DNA of 56,665 nt from an uncultured Halobacteriales archaeon (GTDB lineage: Archaea > Halobacteriota > Halobacteria > Halobacteriales > SKSH01). The translations under genes and the position numbers were made by a program. Shown here in pieces: positions 1 through 9,670 of this stretch; position 1 is the stretch's first letter; every line of letters begins with the position of its first letter. Where the stretch lies: contig CAZXER010000009.1 in NCBI GenBank assembly GCA_964639975.1, positions 1 through 56,665 on the forward strand. Reading direction: 5' to 3'. The notes under the pieces are model-generated. The model worked only from the letters and a program-made list of their open reading frames with translations. It searched no databases and was not told where the DNA came from.

Positions 1-829
1 TGACGACGACGGTATCCTCCGGTGGCTCGCCGTCGCGCTCCTCCCAGAGCGTGTCCTCGGTGATGACCTCCTCGCCGTACTCCTCCTCGGCGACCTCGTA
101 GCCCCAGTCGCGAAAGGCCCCCTCGGTGAACTTCATGATGTTGCCCTTGTGGACGAGGGTGACGAACGTTCGGTCGTGCTCGAGGGCGTAGTCGATCGCT
201 CGACGGACGAGGCGCTTCGTTCCGAACTCGGTGATCGGTTTGATGCCGATGCCAGCGGGCCCGTCATAGATCGTACCCGTCTGGCCCATCTCGTCCTCGA
301 GGAACGAGCGCACCCGCTCGACTTCCTCGGTGCCGGCTTCCCACTCCATCCCAGCGTAGACGTCTTCGGTGGCCTCGCGGAAGCACACCAGGTCCATCTT
401 TCCGGGGTTCTTCATCGGCGAGGGCACGTTCGCGAGGTGGTACGTCGGACGGACGTTCGCGTACAGGTCGAGTGTCTTTCGCAGTGCGACGTTCAGGCTG
501 CGGTATCCGGCCCCGACAGGCGTGGTGAGTGGTCCCTTCATCGCGATGCGATACTGCTCGAGTGCCTCGATCGTCTCGTCGGGAAGCAACTCGCCGTAGC
601 GCGCCTCGGCATCGCTTCCGGCGTACACGCGCATCCACTGGGGATCTCGACCGGTCGCCGAGGCCGCCGCGGACAGCACCTCCATCGCCGCCGGGGTGAC
701 GTCCTTGCCGGTCCCGTCCCCGTAGATCACCGGGATGATCGGGTTGTCGGGTATCGACAGTGTCTCAGTCGACTCGTCGATCGTGACCCGTTCGCCACCG
801 GCAGGTACCTCGATATGGTTGAACGCCAT
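1..829 (-). CDS. icd: NADP-dependent isocitrate dehydrogenase, 3' end runs off the window
   Basis: Hand translation from ATG at 829 gives MAFNHIEVP...IPVIYGDGTGKDVT...MKGPLTTPVGAGYRSLNVALRKTLDLYANVRP...FREATEDVYAG...TLVHKGNIMKFTEGAF. No stop before base 1, so it is absent from the ORF track. Confidence 0.95.
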   Translation of the reverse strand, partial: MAFNHIEVPAGGERVTIDESTETLSIPDNPIIPVIYGDGTGKDVTPAAMEVLSAAASATGRDPQWMRVYAGSDAEARYGELLPDETIEALEQYRIAMKGPLTTPVGAGYRSLNVALRKTLDLYANVRPTYHLANVPSPMKNPGKMDLVCFREATEDVYAGMEWEAGTEEVERVRSFLEDEMGQTGTIYDGPAGIGIKPITEFGTKRLVRRAIDYALEHDRTFVTLVHKGNIMKFTEGAFRDWGYEVAEEEYGEEVITEDTLWEERDGEPPEDTVVV

Positions 830-931
830 TGTTAGGTAGACCTCCGCCTAAAGCGGGTAAAAGCGCTGTCTTTCGTCGACGGTATCACCGCTTTCGCAGG
901 GTTGATACCGGCGGCCCGAGCGGAATTCACC

Positions 932-1798
932 ATGCAGGTGTTCGTCCATGGTGGGGCCGGTGGCGCTCCCCGCGAACCACTCGAGCGCCAGGGGGTCCTC
1001 GACGAGGCCGTCGAGGCGGGCCTCACGACCGATTCCCCGCAGGAGGCGGTCGTCGCGGCCGTCAATCGACTCGAGCGATCACCGCGGTTCAACGCCGGCC
1101 GGGGAAGTACCATCCAGACGGATGGGATCCATCGATGCGACGCCGGCGTGATGCGTAGCGATGGATCCATCGGGGCCGTCTGCAACGTGACGGGAATCCT
1201 CCATCCGGTCGATCTCGCCGTGGCCGTCAAAGAGGATACACCGCATATCCTATTGGGTCCCGAGGGAGCGATGGCCCTCGCTGAGCATCTCGGGATGGTG
1301 ACCGACACGGACCTCGGGACCGAGCGCCTCAGGGAACGATTTACTGACGCCGAGGTACCTGACGACTTCGCCGGACAGCTCGACTTCGTCGCCGAGCGCT
1401 TCGACGCCGACGACGAGGACGCCGAGCGCGACACGGTTGGAGCGGTGGCCACCGATGGCGAAGAGCTGGCTGCAGCGACCTCGACGGGTGGTCGGTGGCT
1501 CGCCTTGCGAGCTCGCGTCGGCGACGTCCCTCAGGTGGGTTCGGGCTACTACTGCTCGGAGCTCGGCGCCGTGAGCACCACCGGCAATGGCGAAGCCATC
1601 GCCCAGACGACACTTGCCCGTCTCGTCGAGCGTCATATCGCCGCGGGAATGGATGCCCAGGAGGCCGTCTACGAGGCGATGGCGACGTTCGAGCGAGAGA
1701 CGGGGGCCACGGCGGGTGTCATCGCGATCGATGCGGACGGCTCGATCGGGAGTGCATACAACTCATCGCGGATGCAGACGGCCGCGGGTCGACGCTAG
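932..1798 (+). CDS. iaaA: Isoaspartyl peptidase / L-asparaginase (Ntn-hydrolase)
   Basis: VHGGAG, FNAGRGS, nucleophile context DTVGAVA, TSTGG, RVGDVP, TGNGE. Start moved to MQVFVHGG (932). Confidence 0.9.
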   Translation: MQVFVHGGAGGAPREPLERQGVLDEAVEAGLTTDSPQEAVVAAVNRLERSPRFNAGRGSTIQTDGIHRCDAGVMRSDGSIGAVCNVTGILHPVDLAVAVKEDTPHILLGPEGAMALAEHLGMVTDTDLGTERLRERFTDAEVPDDFAGQLDFVAERFDADDEDAERDTVGAVATDGEELAAATSTGGRWLALRARVGDVPQVGSGYYCSELGAVSTTGNGEAIAQTTLARLVERHIAAGMDAQEAVYEAMATFERETGATAGVIAIDADGSIGSAYNSSRMQTAAGRR

Positions 1799-1846
1799 CG
1801 AGACGTCGTCGGAAGTCCTTTGAGCCGTCTTGGTGAACAGGTAGCC

Positions 1847-2749
1847 ATGGGAGAATCTGTGGACCTCGACGACGAGCGCTATGAGAAGCATCGCGAGGCG
1901 GGTGACATCCTCGCCCAGGTTCGCGAGGAGACCGTCGACATGATCGAACCGGGGGTGTCCCACCTCGAGGTGGCCGTCTTCGCCGAGGAGCGCACCCGCG
2001 AACTCGGCGGCGAGGTGGCCTTCCCGCTGAACATCAGTGTCGACGAGGTGGCCGCCCACGACACGCCCGATGCCGACGACGAGCGGACCTTCGGCGAGGA
2101 GATGATCAACATCGATCTCGGCGTTCACGTCGACGGCTGGCTCGCAGACACAGCGATCACCGTGGACTTCACGGGTAACGATGACCTCGTCGAGGCGAGT
2201 GCGGAGGCCGTCGAGGCGGCGATCGATGTCGTCGAACCCGGGGTACATACCGGTGATATCGGCGCGGCGATAGAGGAGACGATCGATGGCTACGGCTACA
2301 ACCCGGTGGTCAACCTGACCGGCCATGGCCTCGGTCACTACGACCAGCACACGGGGCCGAACATCCCCAACAGAGCGGTCGAGCAAGGGGTCGAGCTCGA
2401 GGTCGGCCAGGTGGTCGCGATCGAGCCCTTCGCCACCGATGGCGGTGGCAAGGTCATGGAGGGCAGTCGAACGGAGATATTCGTCCTCGAACGCGAGGAT
2501 GCACCCGTCCGCGATCGCACCGCTCGAGAGGCGTTCAAGCAGATCCAGGAGGAGTTCAAAACGCTCCCGTTCGCCATCCGATGGCTCGACGTCCGACGAC
2601 CGGAGATGGCGCTGCGCAGGTTGCTCCAACACGACGTCATCGACAGCTACCCGGTCCTCAAGGAGGACGATGGCTGTCTCGTGAGCCAGCGCGAGCATAC
2701 CATCATCGTCACCGAGGACGGGGCCGAGGTCACCACCCGCGGTGACTGA
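1847..2749 (+). CDS. map: Methionine aminopeptidase type II
   Basis: FPLNIS..AAHDTP, DLGVHVDG..ADTA, GHGLG..H, AIEPF, SQREHT. Start moved to MGESVDL. Confidence 0.95.
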   Translation: MGESVDLDDERYEKHREAGDILAQVREETVDMIEPGVSHLEVAVFAEERTRELGGEVAFPLNISVDEVAAHDTPDADDERTFGEEMINIDLGVHVDGWLADTAITVDFTGNDDLVEASAEAVEAAIDVVEPGVHTGDIGAAIEETIDGYGYNPVVNLTGHGLGHYDQHTGPNIPNRAVEQGVELEVGQVVAIEPFATDGGGKVMEGSRTEIFVLEREDAPVRDRTAREAFKQIQEEFKTLPFAIRWLDVRRPEMALRRLLQHDVIDSYPVLKEDDGCLVSQREHTIIVTEDGAEVTTRGD

Positions 2750-2790
2750 TCGACCGCCGTCGTTTTGTCAGTCGCCGTCGAGACGGAGGT

Positions 2791-3333
2791 ATGGAGCGGC
2801 TGTTCGCGCCCTGGCGCATCGACTGGGTCAGGCGAGAGGACCCCTACGAGTCATCCGATGAGTGCATCTTCTGTGCCTTCTGTGCACTCGAGGACGACCG
2901 CGAACACCTCGTGGTCGCTCGAAGCGAGTCGGCCTACGTCCTGTTGAACAACGCCCCCTACAATCCCGGTCACGTGATGGTCATCCCACACCAGCACACC
3001 GGCCGGTTCCAGGCGCTCGAGGACGACGCCCTTCGGGCAATGGAGCGCTTCACCCAGCGGACCCTCGAGGCCCTTGAGTGGGCCTTCGAGCCCGACGGCT
3101 TCAACACCGGTTGCAACCTCGGCACCGCAGCCGCGGGCGGGTCAATCGGCGATCATCTCCATCGCCACATCGTCCCGCGCTGGGCAGGCGACACGAACTT
3201 CATGCCAGTGCTCGACGAGACGAAGGTGATCGTGCAGGCGCTCGAGGAGACCTACGAAGAGCTGCACGAGGCGTTCGCGAGCCTCGATGGAGCGGAGAGG
3301 ACGGATCCATCCACGGCTGTGCAGCTGCGATAA
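2791..3333 (+). CDS. hit: HIT family nucleotide hydrolase (FHIT/Ap4A-type)
   Basis: RLFAPWR, CIFC, LNNAPYNPGH, histidine triad HLHRHIVPRW..DTNFM. Confidence 0.92.
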   Translation: MERLFAPWRIDWVRREDPYESSDECIFCAFCALEDDREHLVVARSESAYVLLNNAPYNPGHVMVIPHQHTGRFQALEDDALRAMERFTQRTLEALEWAFEPDGFNTGCNLGTAAAGGSIGDHLHRHIVPRWAGDTNFMPVLDETKVIVQALEETYEELHEAFASLDGAERTDPSTAVQLR

Positions 3334-3369
3334 GGTTAGATACCGAGGTGCCCAACGTCCTCCGAACCG

Positions 3370-4275
3370 ATGTCACGCGAGCGCACCCTTCGCTACCTGG
3401 GGATCGTCATCCTCGGGGGCAACGTCCTCTTGCTACTGGCGAAGGGCCTCGTGTTCTATCAGAGCGGGAGCCTCGCGGTCGGATCCGAGGCGGTCAACAG
3501 CCTCACCGACGTGGGCTACAGCCTGCTGATCGTCGGAGGGTTGTACCTGACCGCCCGTCCGCCCGATTACGACCATCCTCACGGGCACGAGCGCATCGAA
3601 CCGTTCGTCTCGCTCGTGGTGGTCCTGGCGCTCGTCATCGCCGGCGTCGTCATCCTCTGGGGTGGCGTCACCGCCATCATATCCGGTGAGGTGACGGTCG
3701 CGACTGGCCCGTGGGCCGTCGCGGTCCTGGCCGCCTCGGCGGCGGTCAAGTACCTGCTGTACCGCTACGCGATCGGGGTCGCCGATCGGGTCAACGCACC
3801 CTCCGCGCACGCCGTCGCCATCGACAACCGCAACGACGTCCTCACCGCCGGTGCGGCCCTCGTCGGCGTCGCCGGTGCCCAGGCCGGGGTCGATATCCTC
3901 GATCCGGCCGCAGCCATTCTCGTCGCCCTCGTGATCATCTACAGCGGTATCATGCTCGGCCGTCGGAACATCAACTATCTGATAGGCGCCGCTCCTTCCA
4001 CACAGCTGCGAGATCGGATCATCGACGTGGCACTCGAGCAAGATGGCGTCGAGGGCGTCCACGACGTCCTCGCCCATTACGTCGGCCCGGAGGTCGATGT
4101 CAGCCTCCACATCGAGGTCGAGGAGGACCTGACACTCGCGGAGGGCCACCGGATCGAGGTCGACGTCATCGAGGCGATCGAGGCCTTCTCGGAGGTCGAC
4201 GACGTGTTCGTCCATCTCGATCCAAAGGATCTCGACGAGTGGAAATCGGGGACCTACGTCGTCGACTCCGATTGA
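3370..4275 (+). CDS. Cation diffusion facilitator (CDF) metal exporter
   Basis: About 6 TM helices, SLAVGSEAVNSLTD, HPHGHERIE, DNRND, C-terminal ZT-dimer domain (VHDV..H, HIEV, VFVHLDP). Confidence 0.92.
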   Translation: MSRERTLRYLGIVILGGNVLLLLAKGLVFYQSGSLAVGSEAVNSLTDVGYSLLIVGGLYLTARPPDYDHPHGHERIEPFVSLVVVLALVIAGVVILWGGVTAIISGEVTVATGPWAVAVLAASAAVKYLLYRYAIGVADRVNAPSAHAVAIDNRNDVLTAGAALVGVAGAQAGVDILDPAAAILVALVIIYSGIMLGRRNINYLIGAAPSTQLRDRIIDVALEQDGVEGVHDVLAHYVGPEVDVSLHIEVEEDLTLAEGHRIEVDVIEAIEAFSEVDDVFVHLDPKDLDEWKSGTYVVDSD

Positions 4276-4283
4276 CGGCTTCG

Positions 4284-5567
4284 TCAGTCGTCGGCCGGGA
4301 TGCGCCGTTGGGGTTGCTCTTCGACCGGACGGGCGATGGCGTAGGTCGACTCCGCATCGGTGATCGCCACCTCGAGGCGGTCACCCGGCGTGAGCGCAGG
4401 CGCCTCCGGAACGACGATCAGATGATAGGCGTCGTCTCGACACTTGACTGACTCCCCGGTACCGGGCTCGACGACGAGCACCGACCGGACCGTCCCGACG
4501 AGTGCCTCGTGCACGGCGTCGAGCATCTCGTGCTTGCGAGCGGTCATTTCCTTCGAGCGCTCCTTCTTGATCGACCCGCCAAGGCCATGCAACGCGGCTG
4601 CGTCCGTGCCGGGACGCTTCGAGAACCGGGTGATATTGACCCGCTCTGGCCGGACCCGTTCCATGAGCTCGAGGCTTGCCTCGAAGTCCTCGGCCGTCTC
4701 GGTCGGGTAGCCGACGATGAAGTCCGTCGAGAGGGTCCACTCATCGAGGGCGGCATCGAAGGTTTCGACCACCTCGATGAACTCCTCGACGCGATGCTGG
4801 CGACGCATATCGGCCAGTACCGCGTCCGATCCGCTCTGGACGGGGGCGTGGATGAAGTTGTAGAGCTCGTCGTTGGCGGCGAAGACCTCGACCAGCTCGT
4901 CCCTGATGAGGTACAGTCCCTTCGGGTTCGCCATCCCGAGGCGGATCCGAAACTCCCCCGGGAGATCGCTGATTCGTTGGAGCAACGCTGGGAGCCACTG
5001 TTCGCCCCGGTCGAAGCCATAGACCCCGGTATCCTGTCCGGTGATGCGCAGCTCGACCGCGCCGGCCTCGACGAGGCGTCGGGCTCGCTCGACGTTCTCC
5101 TCGATCGGCGGGCTCTCGATGTACCCCGTCGCCTCCTTGGTGATACAGTACGAGCAGTCGCTCGTACACCCCCGGGCGATGGGGAGGATCCCGATCTTCC
5201 CCTCCATGAGGACGTCGTCACCCGGCGTTTCCGGTGTGGGACACTCGCCGTTGAGGACCGCATCGGGGACCTCGTCCCACCCGACCACGCGAGCATCGAT
5301 CCCAGCCTCGGTGAGACGATCCGGTTGCGCAAGGGCCAGACACCCGGTCACGATGAGATCAGCCACGGCTGAGTCGAGCTCGCGGGCTCTCCGAACCATG
5401 TTGTCCTCGGTCGTCTCCGTCACCGTACACGTGTTCAAGATGGCCACATCGGCCTGCTGGGGATCGTCCACCGGTCGGTGACCTCTGTCGCGAAGGGCAC
5501 GCTCGATGCGCAGCCCCTCGCCTCGGTTGGCCGTGCAGCCGTAGGTCTCCAACAGGTATCGGGCCAT
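4284..5567 (-). CDS. mtaB: tRNA t6A37 methylthiotransferase (MtaB/MiaB-like radical SAM)
   Basis: UPF0004 Cys residues (YGCTAN, NTCTV, TGCLA), radical SAM CTSDCSYC, HAPVQSGSD, C-terminal TRAM-like domain. Confidence 0.88.
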   Translation of the reverse strand: MARYLLETYGCTANRGEGLRIERALRDRGHRPVDDPQQADVAILNTCTVTETTEDNMVRRARELDSAVADLIVTGCLALAQPDRLTEAGIDARVVGWDEVPDAVLNGECPTPETPGDDVLMEGKIGILPIARGCTSDCSYCITKEATGYIESPPIEENVERARRLVEAGAVELRITGQDTGVYGFDRGEQWLPALLQRISDLPGEFRIRLGMANPKGLYLIRDELVEVFAANDELYNFIHAPVQSGSDAVLADMRRQHRVEEFIEVVETFDAALDEWTLSTDFIVGYPTETAEDFEASLELMERVRPERVNITRFSKRPGTDAAALHGLGGSIKKERSKEMTARKHEMLDAVHEALVGTVRSVLVVEPGTGESVKCRDDAYHLIVVPEAPALTPGDRLEVAITDAESTYAIARPVEEQPQRRIPADD

Positions 5568-5670
5568 TCAGTTGTCCACGTCGAGGGGGCGACTCGGCAA
5601 AAACCCCGCGGGAGGTGACCCTGTCGCTACAATCGACACCTTTTCACTGAACTGGGCCACCTGCGTGGAT

Positions 5671-6492
5671 ATGGTCCTTCCAGCGGGGTTCGAGCTCCCG
5701 CCGTTGGTCTATCTGGTCCCTCTCCTCGTCGTTATCCTCGCCTCAGGCTGGGTGCTGTGGCGGCGTCGCCCGCCTGTCACGGACCAGGTGGTCCTTGCCA
5801 TCGTTCCGTGGATGGTCGCCGGTTCTGCGGCCCATGCGCTGTATATCGTCGACGCGGTCCCGTCCATCATCGAACCGTTCGTTGGTACGCCGTCGGTGTA
5901 CCTCACCATCGCCGCCCTCGTCGGTGTCGTCTGGGCCATTGCCGAGGCGTTCGCAGCCGAGGGACGCACCAGAGAGCCTGCGGTGTACCTCCTCGCCGTG
6001 GGTATCGTCGCCGCTGTTGGCGGACTCGCTGGGGTCCTCTGGTGGGGGCTCTCCGAGGAGCTTCGCCTGTTCTGGCCGAGTGTCGGGCTCCTGGCTGCGG
6101 TCGTGTTGACAGTGTTCGCCTGGTTCGTACTCGATCGGTTCTTCCCGAAGACGGCGGCACTCGCAGGCCTGACCGGTCTCGTCGTCCTCTTCGGACATGC
6201 GCTCGATGGACTTTCGACGGCGATCGGCATCGACATCCTCAAGGGCGTCGAGCGCTCCCCGATCGCCGATACGATCATCTCGATCGGATCGACCCTTCCG
6301 ACGAGCGATCTCATCGGTGACACCTGGCTCTTCGTGCTCGTCAAGGTCGCCGTTCCCCTCGCGGTCCTCGTTCTCTTCCGGGAGTACCTCGACGAGGAAC
6401 CGTCACAGGCACGGGTGCTGCTGGCCGTGATCGCGGCTGTCGGGCTGGGTCCCGGCGTCTACAACCTCCTGTTGTTCGCGCTCCCGGCGTAG
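5671..6492 (+). CDS. DUF63 family multi-pass membrane protein
   Basis: 8-9 TM helices, PWMVAGS, GHALDGLSTAIG, FVLVKV, VGLGPG. Start moved to MVLPAGF (CTTTTC about 30 nt upstream). Confidence 0.75.
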   Translation: MVLPAGFELPPLVYLVPLLVVILASGWVLWRRRPPVTDQVVLAIVPWMVAGSAAHALYIVDAVPSIIEPFVGTPSVYLTIAALVGVVWAIAEAFAAEGRTREPAVYLLAVGIVAAVGGLAGVLWWGLSEELRLFWPSVGLLAAVVLTVFAWFVLDRFFPKTAALAGLTGLVVLFGHALDGLSTAIGIDILKGVERSPIADTIISIGSTLPTSDLIGDTWLFVLVKVAVPLAVLVLFREYLDEEPSQARVLLAVIAAVGLGPGVYNLLLFALPA

Positions 6493-6529
6493 GGGCGGCT
6501 TTTTGTCGGTACGCGTTGGCGAGTCTGCT

Positions 6530-7255
6530 ATGGCCAAGCAACCCCACCTGCTCATCGATTCGGCGGATGTGCACGATATCGCCCTCCTGCCGGGCGACCC
6601 AGACCGGGTGGCCCGCATCGCACGGCACTGCGACAGCAGTGAACACGTCGCCAGCAACCGCGAGTACACGGTCGTCAACGCGACGATCGATGACCGCTCG
6701 ATCACGATCTGTTCGACGGGGGTCGGAGCGCCCTCCGCAGCGATCGCCGTCGAGGAGCTCCTCAACTGTGGTGTCGAGACGTTGCTCCGCGTCGGCACCT
6801 GCGGGGCCCTCCAGTCGGGAATCAAGATCGGGGAACACATCATCGCCACCGCTGCCGCCAAGGACGAGGGAACCACCAAGCGGTACGAGTCGGAGACCAT
6901 CCCCGCCGTGGCATCACACCACGTTGTCGAGGCACTCGTGAACAGCGCAGCGCGTGGCGATCATCCCTATCGCCTGGGAGCCATCGTCACCGACGATGCG
7001 TTCTACGCCGAGACCGAGGACTACGTCACGGCGTGGGAGTCGGCGAACCTGCAGGCGATCGAGATGGAGGCTGCTGCGGTGTTCATGCTGGCACGACGAC
7101 GTGGTGCGAACGCCGGGGCGATCTGCACGGTCGACGGCAATCTCGTCGAGGGGACGCAGAAGGGTGAGACCGACGAGGTCGAGCTGCCAGAGGGGACCGA
7201 CGAGGGGATCGATGTGGCGATCGACGTGGCGCTCGACGCCGTGCACTCGTTGTAA
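6530..7255 (+). CDS. udp: Nucleoside (uridine-type) phosphorylase, PNP_UDP_1
   Basis: LLPGDPDRV, NREY, STGVGAPSAAIAVEEL, RVGTCGALQ, DDAFY, EMEAA. Confidence 0.88.
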   Translation: MAKQPHLLIDSADVHDIALLPGDPDRVARIARHCDSSEHVASNREYTVVNATIDDRSITICSTGVGAPSAAIAVEELLNCGVETLLRVGTCGALQSGIKIGEHIIATAAAKDEGTTKRYESETIPAVASHHVVEALVNSAARGDHPYRLGAIVTDDAFYAETEDYVTAWESANLQAIEMEAAAVFMLARRRGANAGAICTVDGNLVEGTQKGETDEVELPEGTDEGIDVAIDVALDAVHSL

Positions 7256-7297
7256 TCGGCGGTAGGCGTATAGGACACCCCCTCCTCATTCCCACAA

Positions 7298-8512
7298 ATG
7301 CCATCCATCGTCATCGAGTTCCTCCTCGGTCTCTACCTCGGGTTGCTCACCGGTATCGTCCCGGCGATCGTGGCCGGCGGACTCGGCTTCGCGTTCAAGT
7401 ATATCACCGGCGTGACCCTCCCCGGCCTCGGGGTGGTTGTCCTGGCAGTTGCCATCGCCGGGGTGAACGGCGGCTTGCTCGGCCTCATCGATCCCTCGAT
7501 CACCTCCTCGCCCCGACTGATGGTCGCCCTCGTCGTCATCATGATGCTGTCGCTGTATGCGCACGCGCAGGGAGACAAACTCGGAAGCACGCTCCCGAGG
7601 CGGTTCTCGCTTCGGGAACTCGGGACGCGCACCCTCTCAGGCGAGGTGATCTTCAATGTCGGAGGCATCGGCCACGTCGAGATCACGCCAGTCGGTGAGG
7701 TCAAGGATATCGAGGGGTATCCGCCCCTCTCGAGCGAACTCCGTACCGATCTGTCCAGGAGCACCTGGGAGTTCTCTGCCGATCTCCCGATCGAGGAACT
7801 CGAACGGCGCCTCGAGTCACGGTTGCGGGCGGAGTACGACTTCACGGAGGTCGATGTCGAGATCGACTCAGAGGGTCGCGCCCGTATCGCCGCAGCTCCC
7901 CCGCTTGGCTCGCTCTCTCGACGCGTCCCGGAGGGCCAACGAGCGGTCTCGATTAGCGCACTCATCCCGACGGGGGTCGCTCGTGGAGAACGGGTTGAGC
8001 TGCGCTTTCCAGATCGGGTGATCGAGGGGACCGTGTTGAGTGCTAAATCGGATCCCGCTGCGCCCACTCCGATACGCACGGACGGGGGTGCCGAGACCGT
8101 GGTGATTCCTGAAGCCTCGACGGCACCCCAGACGACAGGCGGTGAGGGTCGGATCACGGTGACGGTGCCGGTTGAGGCTGCTCGCTTTATCGTCCAGCAG
8201 TCCCGGGCGCGGGTCGTCGTCCTCCCCCGCGGTCTCGGTCTCGAGTTCACCGCTGTGCAGCAGCTGCGGGAGGCTGGCAACCGGTTCAGGCGTCTCGAAG
8301 CAACGGCTGCGGTCGAGCAACTGACCATCGAAGCCCTTGAGACAGCGACCGCAGCGACCGTCCTTGCAATTAAGCGACAGAGTCGCACCATCGATGGATC
8401 TCGGGACTGGTCGATCCATCCAGATGATGCAGTGACCTTCCAGTTGGGAGACGAGTTCATCGTGATGGGACCCGAGGCTGCTATCGCCGAGGTGGAGGAG
8501 CTCATCACATGA
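7298..8512 (+). CDS. Membrane protein with C-terminal TrkA_C (RCK_C)-like domain, paralogue 1
   Basis: 3-4 N-terminal TM helices, soluble middle domain, C-terminal VLAIKR...HPDDAVTFQLGDEFIVMG. Confidence 0.72.
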   Translation: MPSIVIEFLLGLYLGLLTGIVPAIVAGGLGFAFKYITGVTLPGLGVVVLAVAIAGVNGGLLGLIDPSITSSPRLMVALVVIMMLSLYAHAQGDKLGSTLPRRFSLRELGTRTLSGEVIFNVGGIGHVEITPVGEVKDIEGYPPLSSELRTDLSRSTWEFSADLPIEELERRLESRLRAEYDFTEVDVEIDSEGRARIAAAPPLGSLSRRVPEGQRAVSISALIPTGVARGERVELRFPDRVIEGTVLSAKSDPAAPTPIRTDGGAETVVIPEASTAPQTTGGEGRITVTVPVEAARFIVQQSRARVVVLPRGLGLEFTAVQQLREAGNRFRRLEATAAVEQLTIEALETATAATVLAIKRQSRTIDGSRDWSIHPDDAVTFQLGDEFIVMGPEAAIAEVEELIT

Positions 8513-9651
8513 TCCCGCTTGTGACCCTCGAGGAAGCCCTCGGACACGGGGTTCGCCTCGGTGGGCTGGTCGTGCTGGCCGGCTCGATTGCGTTCGTCGC
8601 CGCCTTCGTGTACCGGTGGTACCTCCACGAGGAGCTCCCCCAGGGCATCGGCATCCTCGTGGGCGCCGCAGCGATCGCGCTCGTGTTGAACACGACGGCG
8701 AGCCTCGGCCAGTCGATCGGTGGGACGACGGCGTTGTTGGATGCCCAGACGGCTGGGTTCGCCATATTGGCGTTCGTCCTCGGTGGCTTCACGAGCGAGC
8801 TCGGTCGCTACCTCGGCGATCGAGCCGGTGATCGACTCGCCCCTGGCTGGGTGCTCGGTGGGATCGATACCGAGGTCACCTCGTTCATCAAGGGTGGTGG
8901 CCGGACCATCCGGCTGACCCTTCCCGAGACCATCGAAGATATCGACGGGTACGACCCGGTCAGAGCGGACATCAAACAGGAACTGGCTGGCGAGACGATG
9001 ACGTTCCCCGGACGACTCTCGTACGAGGAGCTCAACGAGGCGTTCGTCTCACGGCTGCAACACGAGATGGGGATCGGGAAGGTCGATGTCGAGTTCGCCG
9101 AGACCGGCGACGTCGAGTACCTGGCTCTCGGCCGTGGTGAAGCCGGACTCGGTCACACGCTCCCGCCTGGCCAGGTCGCGATACCGATCAGAGCCGATCC
9201 GGCTCATAGCGCCAGTCCGGGCGACCAAGTCCGAGTCTGGCGGACCGAGCCTGAATCCGAACGGTTGCTCACTGGGGAGATCCGAGGTATCGCGGGCGAT
9301 GTCGTGACGATCGCGGTGGATGAGCACCAGGCTACTCGGCTGGATGCGGAGTCGGATTACCGGCTCGTGACCCTCCCTCGACGGGTACAGGCCGACCGCG
9401 AGTTCGCGACGATCCTCCGACGAGCGAACGAGAGCGTGGTCGAAGCCAGCGTCACATCGAGTGGGACAGTTATCGGTCAGCCACCGAGCGAGTTTGGGGT
9501 CAAGGCGCTGGTTATCGAGACGGGCGCGGGTGAGACGCTCGCACCGCCTCCGCGCGGTCGATCCCTGGAAGCTGGAGATGACGTCATCGCAATGGGCCGA
9601 CCGGATCTCTTGCGGCGGTTCGAGGCAGCGGCGCAAGGTACTTCCCCCTAG
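8509..9651 (+). CDS. Membrane protein with C-terminal TrkA_C (RCK_C)-like domain, paralogue 2
   Basis: ATGA overlap with upstream gene, 3 TM helices, C-terminal PPPRGRSLEAGDDVIAMG, middle domain aligns with paralogue 1. Confidence 0.72.
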   Translation: MIPLVTLEEALGHGVRLGGLVVLAGSIAFVAAFVYRWYLHEELPQGIGILVGAAAIALVLNTTASLGQSIGGTTALLDAQTAGFAILAFVLGGFTSELGRYLGDRAGDRLAPGWVLGGIDTEVTSFIKGGGRTIRLTLPETIEDIDGYDPVRADIKQELAGETMTFPGRLSYEELNEAFVSRLQHEMGIGKVDVEFAETGDVEYLALGRGEAGLGHTLPPGQVAIPIRADPAHSASPGDQVRVWRTEPESERLLTGEIRGIAGDVVTIAVDEHQATRLDAESDYRLVTLPRRVQADREFATILRRANESVVEASVTSSGTVIGQPPSEFGVKALVIETGAGETLAPPPRGRSLEAGDDVIAMGRPDLLRRFEAAAQGTSP

Positions 9652-9670
9652 CTGGCCGAACCAATCGCAC

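Noticed and set aside
149-835. 228-aa plus-strand ORF at the window start
   Set aside because: It is the antisense shadow of icd, which reads with full motifs on the minus strand.
7333-8628. 431-aa minus-strand ORF, and similar long shadows (1763-2698, 16591-17508, 27859-28863, 34676-36013, 36396-37613, 38386-39486, 53948-55177)
   Set aside because: They are antisense or alternate frames of well-supported genes, are Arg/Ser/Pro-rich or motif-free, and are expected at this GC content.
9461-9670. 70-aa N-terminal extension on SAMP1 suggesting a fusion
   Set aside because: It overlaps the upstream gene in another frame. SAMP1 homology starts at MEWRLF (9671).
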